DNA of 63,477 bases from Thermoanaerobaculia bacterium (GTDB taxonomy: Bacteria > Acidobacteriota > Thermoanaerobaculia > Multivoradales > JAHEKO01): NCBI GenBank assembly GCA_046756565.1, contig JBHHWO010000005.1:1-63477 (forward strand), written 5' to 3'. A model generated the notes under the pieces. That model had not been told where the DNA came from, did not search any database, and saw only the letters and a list, made by a program, of their open reading frames with translations. The position numbers and the translations under genes are program-made. This document shows positions 9,664 through 19,060 of the stretch, one piece after another (position 1 is the first letter of the stretch; each line of letters begins with the position of its first letter).

Positions 9664-11010
9664 GTGCTGACGTTTGCGTCACTGCTACTCGGCCTCACCT
9701 TGGGAGTTCAGGGGATCGAGATCCTGGCCGAGGACGAAATCGTGTCGGTCGAGGTGTTCCTGGACGGAGCCAGCCAAGGGCGCCTGACCGACCGGCCGTA
9801 CCTGATCGAGTGCGACTTCGGCGAGGAGCTGGCGCCCCACGAGCTGGTGGCGGTCGGCTATGACGGAGAGGGCAAGCCGCTGGCTAGAGCCGTGCAGTGG
9901 ATCAATCTGCCGCGCCAGCCGGCAGAGATTACCGCGATCTTCGAGCAGGGCTCCGGGCCGTCGACCGGTCTCGTCGCGAGACTCCGATGGGCGGCCCTCG
10001 CAGAAACCGAGGCGCCGGTGGCGAGGGCGTGGTTCGACGGCGCCGAGCTGGTGGTCGAGAACCCCGAGTCGATCGTCTTGCCGAGCCACGATCCCGAGCA
10101 GCTCCACTTCTTTCGGGCCGAGCTCACCTTCCCCGGACGGGTGGTCTCGAGCTTCGAGGCGACGCTTGGTGGAACCTACGCGGAGAACGTGAGAACCGAG
10201 TTGACGGCGGTTCTGCTTCGGCTCGGCCGCAGGAAGGAGCCGAGCATCGCGGAGCTTCAGGGCGCACTGACCAAAGCTGGCGTCGCGCTCGACGTGGTCG
10301 CGGTCGACAAGCCGCCGGCCCAGATCGTGGTCGTCCGCGACCGGGCACTCGACGAGGAGTTCGCGATGCTCGAATCGCAGCGAAGCTTCGGCACCGCCCT
10401 GATGGGTCGTCTCGGGTCCCTGAGCCCGGTCGGCCCAAGCTACTCCAACGCGGCCACCCGCGTCGATCGCATCATGGCGAAGCACATGTCGGACTGGCGA
10501 CTCGAGTTCCTGTGGCCGGTGCCCGAGCGGCGCCTTGGGAGCGCCGGCCGCGAGTTCGATCTCTTTTCGCACTCGCCGGAGCTGGGGCCGGATGACGGCT
10601 CGCTCTACGCCTTTCTGACCCGGATCGACTTTCCGGCCCACCTCACCGGCCCCCAACGTCTGGCCGACAGCCTGGCGGTGGCCGGCCTGTCGGCGGCGGC
10701 CCTCGGAGGCCGCCGCACTGCGGTCTTGATTCTGGGCAGGGAGGCCGACGACGCCAGCGGATTGAGCGTCGATCTGGTGCGACGGTATCTTGGGCAGATC
10801 CAGGTGCCGCTCGAGGTCTGGACCACCGCCAAGAAGGGCGTCACATCCTGGGGCAAGGCCGACCGGATCCTGCCGAGGGCCCGCCTGGACTCCGAATGGC
10901 GGTCTCTGCTCGAGGATCTCAGCCGCCAGAGGATCACCTGGGTGCGCGGCAGTCATCTACCGCAATCGATCGAGCTGGCTCCGATCAAGGGCGTCGAACT
11001 GGTCCGTTAG
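9664..11010 (+). CDS. Hypothetical exported protein (possible Ig-like N-terminus and degenerate VWA-like C-terminus)
   Basis: Long ORF with hydrophobic N-terminus; TAGATT box 6 nt before GTG. Domain guess is weak. Confidence 0.55.
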   Translation: MLTFASLLLGLTLGVQGIEILAEDEIVSVEVFLDGASQGRLTDRPYLIECDFGEELAPHELVAVGYDGEGKPLARAVQWINLPRQPAEITAIFEQGSGPSTGLVARLRWAALAETEAPVARAWFDGAELVVENPESIVLPSHDPEQLHFFRAELTFPGRVVSSFEATLGGTYAENVRTELTAVLLRLGRRKEPSIAELQGALTKAGVALDVVAVDKPPAQIVVVRDRALDEEFAMLESQRSFGTALMGRLGSLSPVGPSYSNAATRVDRIMAKHMSDWRLEFLWPVPERRLGSAGREFDLFSHSPELGPDDGSLYAFLTRIDFPAHLTGPQRLADSLAVAGLSAAALGGRRTAVLILGREADDASGLSVDLVRRYLGQIQVPLEVWTTAKKGVTSWGKADRILPRARLDSEWRSLLEDLSRQRITWVRGSHLPQSIELAPIKGVELVR

Positions 11011-11014
11011 GCGG

Positions 11015-12298
11015 ATGAGCCGATTCCTCCTCCTCCTTGTCCTCGCGACCCTGGCCGGCGGCTCGCTGGCTCAGGACCAGCCGTCCGATGAGAGCCAGGG
11101 GACGACCGAGGAGATTCTCGGCAAGCGCTCGTCGATCTCGTTCGAGGCCGCTCCAGCCGAGGCTCTGGCCGTCGCGGCCGGCGCGCGGCTTCATGTCGAG
11201 CCCAAAGCCGAGTCGGCGGTCCTCGCGACCGTCCGCGTCGATCTCGAGCTCGAGGTCTTGAGCCGCGACGGTGACTGGGCCGAGGTGCGCTACCAGTCTT
11301 GGCAGGGCTGGGTGCTCGCGAGCCCGGAAGTCTCCAAACGCAGCCTTCTGGATCGGCGCGGCTGGGTGGTCGAAGTGGACGAGAGCGGCACGCGGCGTTT
11401 CGCCGAGGCGCCAACGTTTTCTCCCGAGCTCACCGCCCCGCGGCTCATGCGCCTGCGCGAGTTCCTCGCCGAAAATGAGCGCGTGCTCGAGCTCGGTTCC
11501 TACACCCTCTACACCGACGTTCGCAACGATTCGTGGCTCGAGAGCCTCATACCCACGGTGGCTGCTCTCGACGAGATCTACCGCACCCGCTTCGGGCTGG
11601 AGCTCGACGAGGCCGAGAAACAGTCGATCGTACTGTTCGCCCGCGAGGCGACCTACCGCGCCTACGAAAAGGAAGTTCCCGAGATCTCCAAGCTGGCCAC
11701 TCTCGGACACCAGAGTCACGGCGTCGCGGTGACCTTCGTCGGCAGCCGGAGCACCGATCAGATCCGAAGGATCCTCCTCCACGAGCTCACCCATCTGCTC
11801 AACCGCCGCGCTCTGCCTCTGGTACTACCGAGCTGGCTGGAAGAAGGTCTCGCCGAGGACCTGTCGTTCAGCCGGGTCGATGACAGCGGACGCATCCTGG
11901 CGGGGACCGTCACCGGCCGGCGGCAGCGAACCTTGACCGAAAGCCGGATCTCGGGCGGCTTCGCGTCACTTGCTACCTTGCTGCGCCGCTACCGCCGTCC
12001 GAGCTGGCCGCGCGTGACGACACTCGTAGACACCCACTGGGAGCGATTCGTCCAGCCCGGTGCACGCACCAGCTTCTATACCCAGGCCGCTTTCTTTCTG
12101 CGTTTCCTGATCGACGGGCGCGACGGTCTGCTGGCAGACGGCTTTCGCAAGTATCTACGACTGGTCGCCGAGGAGGGCCCGGAGCGGGCCGATCTCTGGA
12201 CCAGCCTGGACGCGCCCAAGGAAGACATCGAGAAGGCCTACGACATCTGGATCTGGAACCAGGGGCGCTTCTACGGAGCGGTGTCGGAGCGGCGGTAA
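11015..12298 (+). CDS. Exported SH3-domain, HEXXH zinc metallopeptidase-like protein (DUF1570/MA-like)
   Basis: Signal peptide; GDWAEVRYQSWQGWV (SH3b-like); HELTH followed by WLEEGLAE. Confidence 0.7.
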   Translation: MSRFLLLLVLATLAGGSLAQDQPSDESQGTTEEILGKRSSISFEAAPAEALAVAAGARLHVEPKAESAVLATVRVDLELEVLSRDGDWAEVRYQSWQGWVLASPEVSKRSLLDRRGWVVEVDESGTRRFAEAPTFSPELTAPRLMRLREFLAENERVLELGSYTLYTDVRNDSWLESLIPTVAALDEIYRTRFGLELDEAEKQSIVLFAREATYRAYEKEVPEISKLATLGHQSHGVAVTFVGSRSTDQIRRILLHELTHLLNRRALPLVLPSWLEEGLAEDLSFSRVDDSGRILAGTVTGRRQRTLTESRISGGFASLATLLRRYRRPSWPRVTTLVDTHWERFVQPGARTSFYTQAAFFLRFLIDGRDGLLADGFRKYLRLVAEEGPERADLWTSLDAPKEDIEKAYDIWIWNQGRFYGAVSERR

Positions 12299-12364
12299 CG
12301 CCGCGCGCAACGTACCCGGTCGAAGGGTTCCTTTCGGCACTGCATCTGATAAAAAAAGGATATC

Positions 12365-13168
12365 GTGAGCACGCTCGCCCCAGCCTCTACCGAAACCCTC
12401 ATCCACTCCACGGCTTCTATCGCGTCTACAGCCGAGCTCGGCGCGGGCGTGCGGATCGGCCCGTTCGCGGTGATCGAGGACCATGTAGTGATCGGGGCCG
12501 GGACCGTGGTGGACGCGCATGCGGTGATCCGGCCGTTCGTCAGGATGGGGGCCCGGAACCGCGTGCACACGAACGCCGTCCTGGGCGGCGAGCCGCAGCA
12601 CGTGGATTTCGCCGGCCAGGAGACCGGCCTCGTGATCGGAGACGACAATCAGTTTCGCGAGGCGGTCACCGTGCACCGGTCGATGAGTCCCGACGAGCCC
12701 ACCCGCATCGGCAGCCGCTGCATGCTCATGGTCAACGCCCACGTCGGACACGACTGCCACCTGGGCGACAGGGTGATCCTCACGAACGATGTCAACCTCG
12801 GCGGACACGTTACCGCCGGCGACGGTGTCCTAATGGGAGGTATGGCCCAGGTCCATCAGTTCGTCCGCGTCGGCACCTGCACGATGGTCTCGGGATCGAC
12901 GTCACTGGCGCGCGACGCGCTGCCCTACTCCTTCATGTGGGGAATCCTCGCCCGGCACTACCGGTTGAACACCATCGGTCTGCGCCGCAGCGGCATCAAG
13001 GGCGAGCGCTACAAGGCGCTCGAAAAAGCCTTCCGGGCGCTACGCAATGGCGACCCGATCGACGACCTCCCAGCGACGGAAGAGGTGTGTCACTTGAAAG
13101 AGTGGCTCGCCCTGCCGTCTAAGCGCGGTCTCGCCGGCTTCGCCAAGCGCGGCGAATCGGCGGAATAG
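12365..13168 (+). CDS. lpxA: Acyl-ACP--UDP-N-acetylglucosamine O-acyltransferase (LpxA family)
   Basis: Hexapeptide repeats; AHVGHDC, GHV, VHQFVR and LNTIGLRR motifs. Confidence 0.88.
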   Translation: MSTLAPASTETLIHSTASIASTAELGAGVRIGPFAVIEDHVVIGAGTVVDAHAVIRPFVRMGARNRVHTNAVLGGEPQHVDFAGQETGLVIGDDNQFREAVTVHRSMSPDEPTRIGSRCMLMVNAHVGHDCHLGDRVILTNDVNLGGHVTAGDGVLMGGMAQVHQFVRVGTCTMVSGSTSLARDALPYSFMWGILARHYRLNTIGLRRSGIKGERYKALEKAFRALRNGDPIDDLPATEEVCHLKEWLALPSKRGLAGFAKRGESAE

Positions 13169-13221
13169 GCCACACATCCGGGCGCTCCGAGGGCTGGTAG
13201 GCGTCTGTCGCCTCCTCGCCT

Positions 13222-13304
13222 TCATTCTGAGCTCAGCGAAGGATCTCGCCGTGCGATCCGTGCCAACCGACACTTCGGGATTCCTCGCATCCGCTCGGAA
13301 TGAC
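13222..13304. repeat. REP-like inverted pair
   Basis: TCATTCTGAGCTCAGCGAAGGATCT ... GGGATTCCTCGCATCCGCTCGGAATGAC, between convergent genes. Confidence 0.8.
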
Positions 13305-13335
13305 TCTGCGGATGGCTTCGCGACCCGCGGTGGAG

Positions 13336-13899
13336 CTACCAGGTCAGCATCAAGCCCAGCGCCCCCGCCGGACCGGCGAAGTCCGACTGGAAGTCGGCGG
13401 AGCCGAAGTCGTTGAAGGTGACCTCGAGCTTGGCACTCCGGTACATCGCTTCGGCGAAAAAGCCGAGCCGCTCGCCGACGGCGGCATCGAGACCCACCAC
13501 CGCGTAGTAGCCGAACTCGTCGTCGACCTCCGGTCCGCCGGCAAACGGCCTCAGCCCCCCCTCGAACTGGGCGTCGGCGAACACGAAGGAGCCGCCCAAC
13601 CCCAGGTAGGGCTGCGCTTTCCCGTTTTCATTGAAGTGCCAGGCCAGGCCGAGATCGACGGGAGTCGCCTCGAGGCGAAACAAAGCGCCGCTGGCGACCT
13701 GAGCGAACTCGTCGAAGAACGAGGCGCGAACCTCGAAGTCGAAGTTCTCGCCCACGTCCATGCCCAATCGAATCGTGAACCCCTCGTCGCTGTCTGCCTG
13801 TTCGGTGTCCCAGGTGGCGATGCCCACGCCGATTCCACCCGCCCAGGCCGGAACGGACATCAACAGAGCCAAACCGACGATGACTGCTAGCTTTTTCAT
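13336..13899 (-). CDS. Small outer-membrane beta-barrel protein (OmpW/OMP_b-brl-like)
   Basis: Signal peptide ending AWA; QPYLGLG; alternating beta-strand pattern; C-terminal Trp; GGGAGG RBS. Confidence 0.8.
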   Translation of the reverse strand: MKKLAVIVGLALLMSVPAWAGGIGVGIATWDTEQADSDEGFTIRLGMDVGENFDFEVRASFFDEFAQVASGALFRLEATPVDLGLAWHFNENGKAQPYLGLGGSFVFADAQFEGGLRPFAGGPEVDDEFGYYAVVGLDAAVGERLGFFAEAMYRSAKLEVTFNDFGSADFQSDFAGPAGALGLMLTW

Positions 13900-14133
13900 C
13901 TCAACCTCCCTTGGTTCCGTACGCGGATGTCCGGCTACGTCCAGCCAGGGGGTGTTTCCGGACCGATTCGTGCCTAACTATGCATCACCAATAGTACTTT
14001 ATGTCAAGGGCATGGGGGACACCTTTCCCATCACTCTTTGGAAACGGGCGTTGGCGGCGATCGGCAGGCCAATCCTTCAGGGGGACGGCTCGGGACGGCA
14101 GAAAGCGGGCCCAAGGCCCGCGCAGAGTCGGCG

Positions 14134-14997
14134 TCAAGCTCCTGGCAGGATGCCCCGAACCTCCGGGAACCTGTCGGCGATCTGGCGCGGGGTGAGCGAC
14201 GCCGGGTTCTTGCGCAGCAGCTTGAGGATCGACTTGGCCGCCTTGCCACTGCCCCGCTTGGAGATCAGCGCATCGGCGGCCCGGTAGTAGGCCCCTTCGG
14301 TGGCCAGACGGGAGCGCCACGTCGGCTCCCCGGTCGGGTCGGGATCCGCCTCGATCGAGTAGACCCTGCGGATGTCTCCAAGCGAGAGCGGCTCGTGGCG
14401 GTGTGATGCCGCCAGGGCCACCACATGTGCCGCCAGGTTGAGGACGTCCGGGTTCGCGCCCGAGTACCCGGCACGCTCGAGAAGCGCTCGGGCCGCGACT
14501 CCCTGCGCCAGAAGATCGGCGAGCAGCAGGCTCGAGGCCTCGGCCTTCGAGCCGTGCAGGGGATGCCCCTCGATCTGGGGAAGGCCGCCGCCGAGGAGCT
14601 GCTGCCAGAAGAGAACCGTCCGCTGATCGCCCCAGGCCGAAAGCGCAATCTCGCCATTCAACAGGCGCGCCGGCAATCCGTAGGGCACCGCCAGCTCGAG
14701 CGCCTCCCAATCGGTGCGGGACAGCAGCACAACCGAGAGCGGCACCGCTTCGCCGTACCATTTGGCGAAGTCCTCGGCCAGGAGCGCGAAGCGGAACTGG
14801 ACGTGGGATGCGCGGTCGAGCGCGCCGGGTGAATAGCGCACCAGCGCCCGCAGGTCGCCGACGTCGAGGAGATACGGAAGCGGCTTGGCCTGATTGCCCT
14901 GCGCGCGCGACGGCGGTTCGGCCGAAACCAAAACGAGCGTGGCCACCAGAGTGGCAATCGAGGCGAAGAGCGAGGCGAACCGCGGGCGTCGTTCCAC
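14134..14997 (-). CDS. Hypothetical exported protein
   Basis: 287-aa ORF with signal peptide; TAAACT box 6 nt before GTG. Confidence 0.6.
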   Translation of the reverse strand: MERRPRFASLFASIATLVATLVLVSAEPPSRAQGNQAKPLPYLLDVGDLRALVRYSPGALDRASHVQFRFALLAEDFAKWYGEAVPLSVVLLSRTDWEALELAVPYGLPARLLNGEIALSAWGDQRTVLFWQQLLGGGLPQIEGHPLHGSKAEASSLLLADLLAQGVAARALLERAGYSGANPDVLNLAAHVVALAASHRHEPLSLGDIRRVYSIEADPDPTGEPTWRSRLATEGAYYRAADALISKRGSGKAAKSILKLLRKNPASLTPRQIADRFPEVRGILPGA

Positions 14998-15024
14998 CGG
15001 CCGAGTTTAGCTAACATACGTTCC
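14998..15024. promoter_or_regulatory. Back-to-back -10 boxes of a divergent gene pair
   Basis: AGTTTA-GC-TAACAT: TAAACT (-) is 6 nt from GTG 14997 and TAACAT (+) is 7 nt from ATG 15025. No SD on either side. Confidence 0.6.
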
Positions 15025-16056
15025 ATGAAGGCCTTTCGGATCGAAAAACATGGCGGCCCCGAGGTCTTGCGGTGGGTCGATGAGCCGACACCCGAGCCGG
15101 CCGCCGACGAAGTCCTGGTCAGGGTGCGGGCCTGCGCCCTCAACCGTCTCGATCTCTGGGTCAGGAACGGCGTCGAGGGGCACAAGTTCCCGCTGCCACT
15201 GATTCCGGGATCGGAAGTGGCCGGCGAGATCGCGGCGGTTGGATCCGCGGTCGAGGGCCTCGAGGTCGGCGCCGACACCCTGGTGGCGCCGGGAGTGTCG
15301 TGCGGAGTCTGCGATCGCTGTGCCGACGGCGACGACATGCTCTGCTCGCGGTACGGCATTCTGGGGGAGCACCGCGACGGCGGCTACGCGGAGTACCTAA
15401 GCGTGCCCCGGCGCAACATTCTGCCGCTGCCGAAGGGTCTCACCCACGCCGAAGCGGCGGCGATCCCGCTGGTCTTTCTGACCGCCTGGCACATGCTCGC
15501 CGAGCGAGCCCGACTCCAGCCGCTGGAAGACATCCTCGTTCACGCCGCGGGTTCGGGCGTCTCGAGCGCGGGAATCCAGATCGCGAAGCTCCTGGGGGCT
15601 CGGCACATCTTCGCGACGGCTTCGAGCGAAGACAAGCTCGAGCGCGCCCGAGCGCTCGGGGCGACCCACACGATCGACTACACCAACGAGGATTTCGCCC
15701 AGGTCGTCCGCGAGGCCACCGGCGGCAAGGGCGTCGAGGTGGTTCTCGACCACGTCGGTGGCAGGACCTTCGAGGACAGCTTCAAGGCCATGGCCTGGGC
15801 CGGGCGGATCGTGATCTGTGGGTCGACGACCGACCATCTCGCCCGCATCAATCTGCGAGCCGTGTTCTACAAGAGCCTCTCCGTGCTGGGCTCGACGATG
15901 GGCCGGCAATCCGAGCTCCGGCACCTGTTGCGCTTCGTCGAAGGCGGCCAGCTGGCGCCGGTGATCGACCGCACTGTGCCGCTCGCGCACGCGCCCGAAG
16001 CCCAACGAATGCTCGAAGCGCGCGAGGTCTTCGGCAAGATCGTGCTCACAACTTAG
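15025..16056 (+). CDS. Zinc-binding alcohol dehydrogenase / quinone oxidoreductase (MDR)
   Basis: LNRLD, GSEVAG, CGVCDRC..C zinc site, AAGSGV nucleotide loop, GKIVL C-terminus. Confidence 0.9.
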   Translation: MKAFRIEKHGGPEVLRWVDEPTPEPAADEVLVRVRACALNRLDLWVRNGVEGHKFPLPLIPGSEVAGEIAAVGSAVEGLEVGADTLVAPGVSCGVCDRCADGDDMLCSRYGILGEHRDGGYAEYLSVPRRNILPLPKGLTHAEAAAIPLVFLTAWHMLAERARLQPLEDILVHAAGSGVSSAGIQIAKLLGARHIFATASSEDKLERARALGATHTIDYTNEDFAQVVREATGGKGVEVVLDHVGGRTFEDSFKAMAWAGRIVICGSTTDHLARINLRAVFYKSLSVLGSTMGRQSELRHLLRFVEGGQLAPVIDRTVPLAHAPEAQRMLEAREVFGKIVLTT

Positions 16057-18908
16057 TGTCGACGCCCGCGCCGAGAGTCGCGCTCGCAGCGGCCGTGATT
16101 CTCTCCGGCTCGGCGGCTCTGGTCTACGAAGTCGTCTGGAGTCGCCAGCTCTCGGTGTTCCTGGGGATCACGATTCGTGCCGAAGCGGTCGTTCTGGCGG
16201 CGTTCATGATCGGGCTCACGCTGGGCAGCCGATACCTCGGCACGCTCGCCGACAAAGCCGGGCGGCCGCTGGCGCTGTTTGCCGGCCTCGAGTCCGCTAT
16301 CGGCGCCTACGGTCTGGTGAGCGCTTTCCTTCTGCCGGCGCTGGCGCCCTGGTACGCCCGCATCGCGAGCCCGCTCGAGCTCTCGACCGCGTCGGGAGAC
16401 CTCACCCGCTTCGCGGTCGCGGCCGTGGCACTCCTCTTGCCGACCTTCTTGATGGGGGGAACGATTCCGGCTCTGGTGCGCGGCCTGCTGGAGCGTGAGG
16501 AGACCGGCGAAAGCTCCGTCGGCGCGGTCGTCGGCCGGGTCTACGCCCTCAACACGCTCGGCGCGGCGCTGGGAGCGTTCGCGGCCGGATTCCTCTTGCT
16601 ACCCGCGCTCGGCACAACATGGACATTGCTCGCCGCCGCGGCGATCAACCTGCTGGTAGCGATCGCGGCAGGTCTAGCGAGCCGCGGCGAATCCGGAGGC
16701 GCGACCCCAGCCGACCGCGGCGCCCGGTCGGAGGCGGCGGACCCGTCTGTTCGGCCCGACCGGCAGGCCACGCTGATCGGATTCGGGATCTTCGGGGCCG
16801 CGGCGCTTGCGATCCAGCTGGGCTGGGTCCAGGCGCTGAGTCAAATCCTGGGCTCGAGCGTCTATGCCTTCGCGCTGACACTGTCGGGCTACCTCGCGGG
16901 CCTGGCGCTCGGGGGCTTCGCCTTCACGCTCTGGACGACGCGCCGGCGACCACCTCCGGCACTCGGCGCCTGGATCGCGACGGCCGCCGGCGTGGCCGTC
17001 GTTCTCGGACTCGTCGGTTTCGATCGGTTGCCGCGGCTCTTTCTCATGGCATTTCGTTGGAACCTCGAGACCCGGTTGGGCTGGCTGGTGGCGTTCTCGT
17101 TTCTGGTCGCGTGGTGCCTGATGCTCGTCCCCACGACCCTGTTCGGTTTTCTGTCCCCGCTCCTGGCCAACGACTGCGCCCGACGGCGGTCGGTCGGGCG
17201 CGACGTCGGCGCCGCCTACGCCGTCAACACGGCCGGCACCACGGCCGGGGTCATGTTCGCCGGCTTCTGGCTGTTGCCCCAGGTCGGCCTCCAGAACACG
17301 CTGCTGCTCGGTTCCCTGGGCCTGGTCGTTTGCGGATCGGTTCTGCTGCTCGCCCGCCGGCCGCGACCCGGGCGCGCCCGTGCCAAGGCGTTCGTGCTTT
17401 CGGCCGTGTTTCTCGCCGCCATCGCACTGGCACCGCGATGGGATCCGGCCCTCACGACCAGTGGGCCGTTCATCAACGCCAGCCGCATACTCGACTTGCC
17501 CGACGGCGAGGATTTCCGGGCGGCGATGCGCGACCGGAATCGAGTTCTCTACTACGCGGAGAGTGCGGTCGGCTCGGTCTCGGTACGAGACGTAGGCGCT
17601 GATCGGTTGCTGGTGATCAACGGCAAGACCGACGGCAGCCGACTCGGCGATCGGCGCACCCAGCTCGCGCTCGGCCACCTGCCGGCGCTGCTCCATCCCG
17701 AGCCCGAAGAGGTGCTGGTCGTCGGCTTCGGCACCGGCATGACTCCGGCCGCGGTTTCGGCCCACCCCGAAGTCCGCCGAATCGACGTCATCGAGATCTC
17801 GCCCGAGGTGATCGAAGCGTCCAGGTACTTTGCCGCCGAAAATCGAAGCGTTCTGTTCGACCCTCGGCTGCGCCTCCACGATGCCGACGCCCGCAACTTC
17901 CTGCTCGCCAGCCCGGATCACTGGGACCTGATCATCTCGGAGCCGTCGAACCCGTGGATCAGGGGCGTTGCGAACCTGTTCACCCTCGAGTACTTCGAAC
18001 TGGCTCGCGGACACCTGGCTCCCGGTGGGGTCATGGGCCAGTGGTTCCAGAGCTACGGAATGTCGAGCGACGATCTGCGCTCTATCGTCCGTACCTTTAC
18101 CGACGTCTTCGCCTACGTGACCGTCTGGTCGCCCCAACCCGGGGACCTGATCCTGGTCGGCAGCGAGGCGCCGCACGCGTTCGAGGCGAGCCGGTTGCTC
18201 CGGATCGAGCGACTGCCCGAGATCGCGCAGGACCTCGACGCGGCGGGCTGGCAAGGCGCCGACTCGTTCGTCCGCATGCTGCTGCAGGATGCGGCAACCA
18301 GTGCCACTTTCGGCAAGGAGGTGCCCGCCAACACCGACGAGCGACCCCGGGTCGAGTTCAACGCTCCGCGGCATCTGTACCGGGAGACCACCTTCGACAA
18401 CCTGCTCGGCCTGATCGAACATGCCTCCGAGCGGCAGGCGGTCGCGCCGCTGGCGGGAAGCCTCGATCCGGAATCTGGCGGAATCGGTCGCACGGGACCC
18501 GGCGTTCCGGCCACAATAGTCCCCGAGGTCAGGGTGCGCTGGTCGGCGCTGCGTTCCGCCGACCCGACGCCGCTTCCGACCCTGGTCGTGAATCTGCGCA
18601 CCGTCGTCCGCGTGTGGACGCGAGCCGGAGAGGTGGAGGTCGAGGTACTTCGCGAGGCCGAATCTCTCGATCGCACCCGGCTCGAAGAGCGCATCGAGAG
18701 CCTGACCGAAGGACCGATCGAGTCGTGGGCGGCGGGCGGGCTCACGGATGGTACGCCGGTTCTGGTCGGAAGGACAAGAGACGGGTCCGAGGCCGGCCTC
18801 GCGTGGGGGTGCCCGAGTTGGCAGGAGTCGAGGCGGCTGTATGTCGCCGTCGCGGCGCCGGAGGTGGTCGACCGGGTGATGGAGACGGTGCTGTGTGTAG
18901 ACGGATGA
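16056..18908 (+). CDS. Fused MFS-like membrane domain / spermidine-synthase-like SAM-binding protein
   Basis: SGSAALVYEVVWSR and YALNTLG membrane repeats; VGFGTG, EIS, DARN and ISEPSNPW. GTG overlaps the upstream TAG. Confidence 0.85.
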   Translation: MSTPAPRVALAAAVILSGSAALVYEVVWSRQLSVFLGITIRAEAVVLAAFMIGLTLGSRYLGTLADKAGRPLALFAGLESAIGAYGLVSAFLLPALAPWYARIASPLELSTASGDLTRFAVAAVALLLPTFLMGGTIPALVRGLLEREETGESSVGAVVGRVYALNTLGAALGAFAAGFLLLPALGTTWTLLAAAAINLLVAIAAGLASRGESGGATPADRGARSEAADPSVRPDRQATLIGFGIFGAAALAIQLGWVQALSQILGSSVYAFALTLSGYLAGLALGGFAFTLWTTRRRPPPALGAWIATAAGVAVVLGLVGFDRLPRLFLMAFRWNLETRLGWLVAFSFLVAWCLMLVPTTLFGFLSPLLANDCARRRSVGRDVGAAYAVNTAGTTAGVMFAGFWLLPQVGLQNTLLLGSLGLVVCGSVLLLARRPRPGRARAKAFVLSAVFLAAIALAPRWDPALTTSGPFINASRILDLPDGEDFRAAMRDRNRVLYYAESAVGSVSVRDVGADRLLVINGKTDGSRLGDRRTQLALGHLPALLHPEPEEVLVVGFGTGMTPAAVSAHPEVRRIDVIEISPEVIEASRYFAAENRSVLFDPRLRLHDADARNFLLASPDHWDLIISEPSNPWIRGVANLFTLEYFELARGHLAPGGVMGQWFQSYGMSSDDLRSIVRTFTDVFAYVTVWSPQPGDLILVGSEAPHAFEASRLLRIERLPEIAQDLDAAGWQGADSFVRMLLQDAATSATFGKEVPANTDERPRVEFNAPRHLYRETTFDNLLGLIEHASERQAVAPLAGSLDPESGGIGRTGPGVPATIVPEVRVRWSALRSADPTPLPTLVVNLRTVVRVWTRAGEVEVEVLREAESLDRTRLEERIESLTEGPIESWAAGGLTDGTPVLVGRTRDGSEAGLAWGCPSWQESRRLYVAVAAPEVVDRVMETVLCVDG

Positions 18909-19060
18909 GGTTCCATAACCGTCTCCCTTCGCTCGGCGCGAGGGTAGCCTCCGTCCCGCCGCTACCTACCCGGCTTTTCTCGTAGCGGCAAGGAGCGCGT
19001 CGACGACGGCGAGGCGGCAGGCAATCCGCGCAGGGGGCTGATGGCGATACACTTCTCCCC

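Noticed and set aside
8571-9863. ORF extensions and small ORFs through the MITE (MATPAACRK..., MRRGRLGSAHH..., also at 49898 and 50144)
   Set aside because: They are translations of the repeated element. The hydrolase has a GGAGG-led start at 9302.
15300-16055. Apparent N-terminal extension making a 1202-aa protein
   Set aside because: It overlaps the MDR gene in another frame; the membrane protein begins at GTG 16056. Similar extensions at 20590, 27440, 29605 and 31490 were trimmed.
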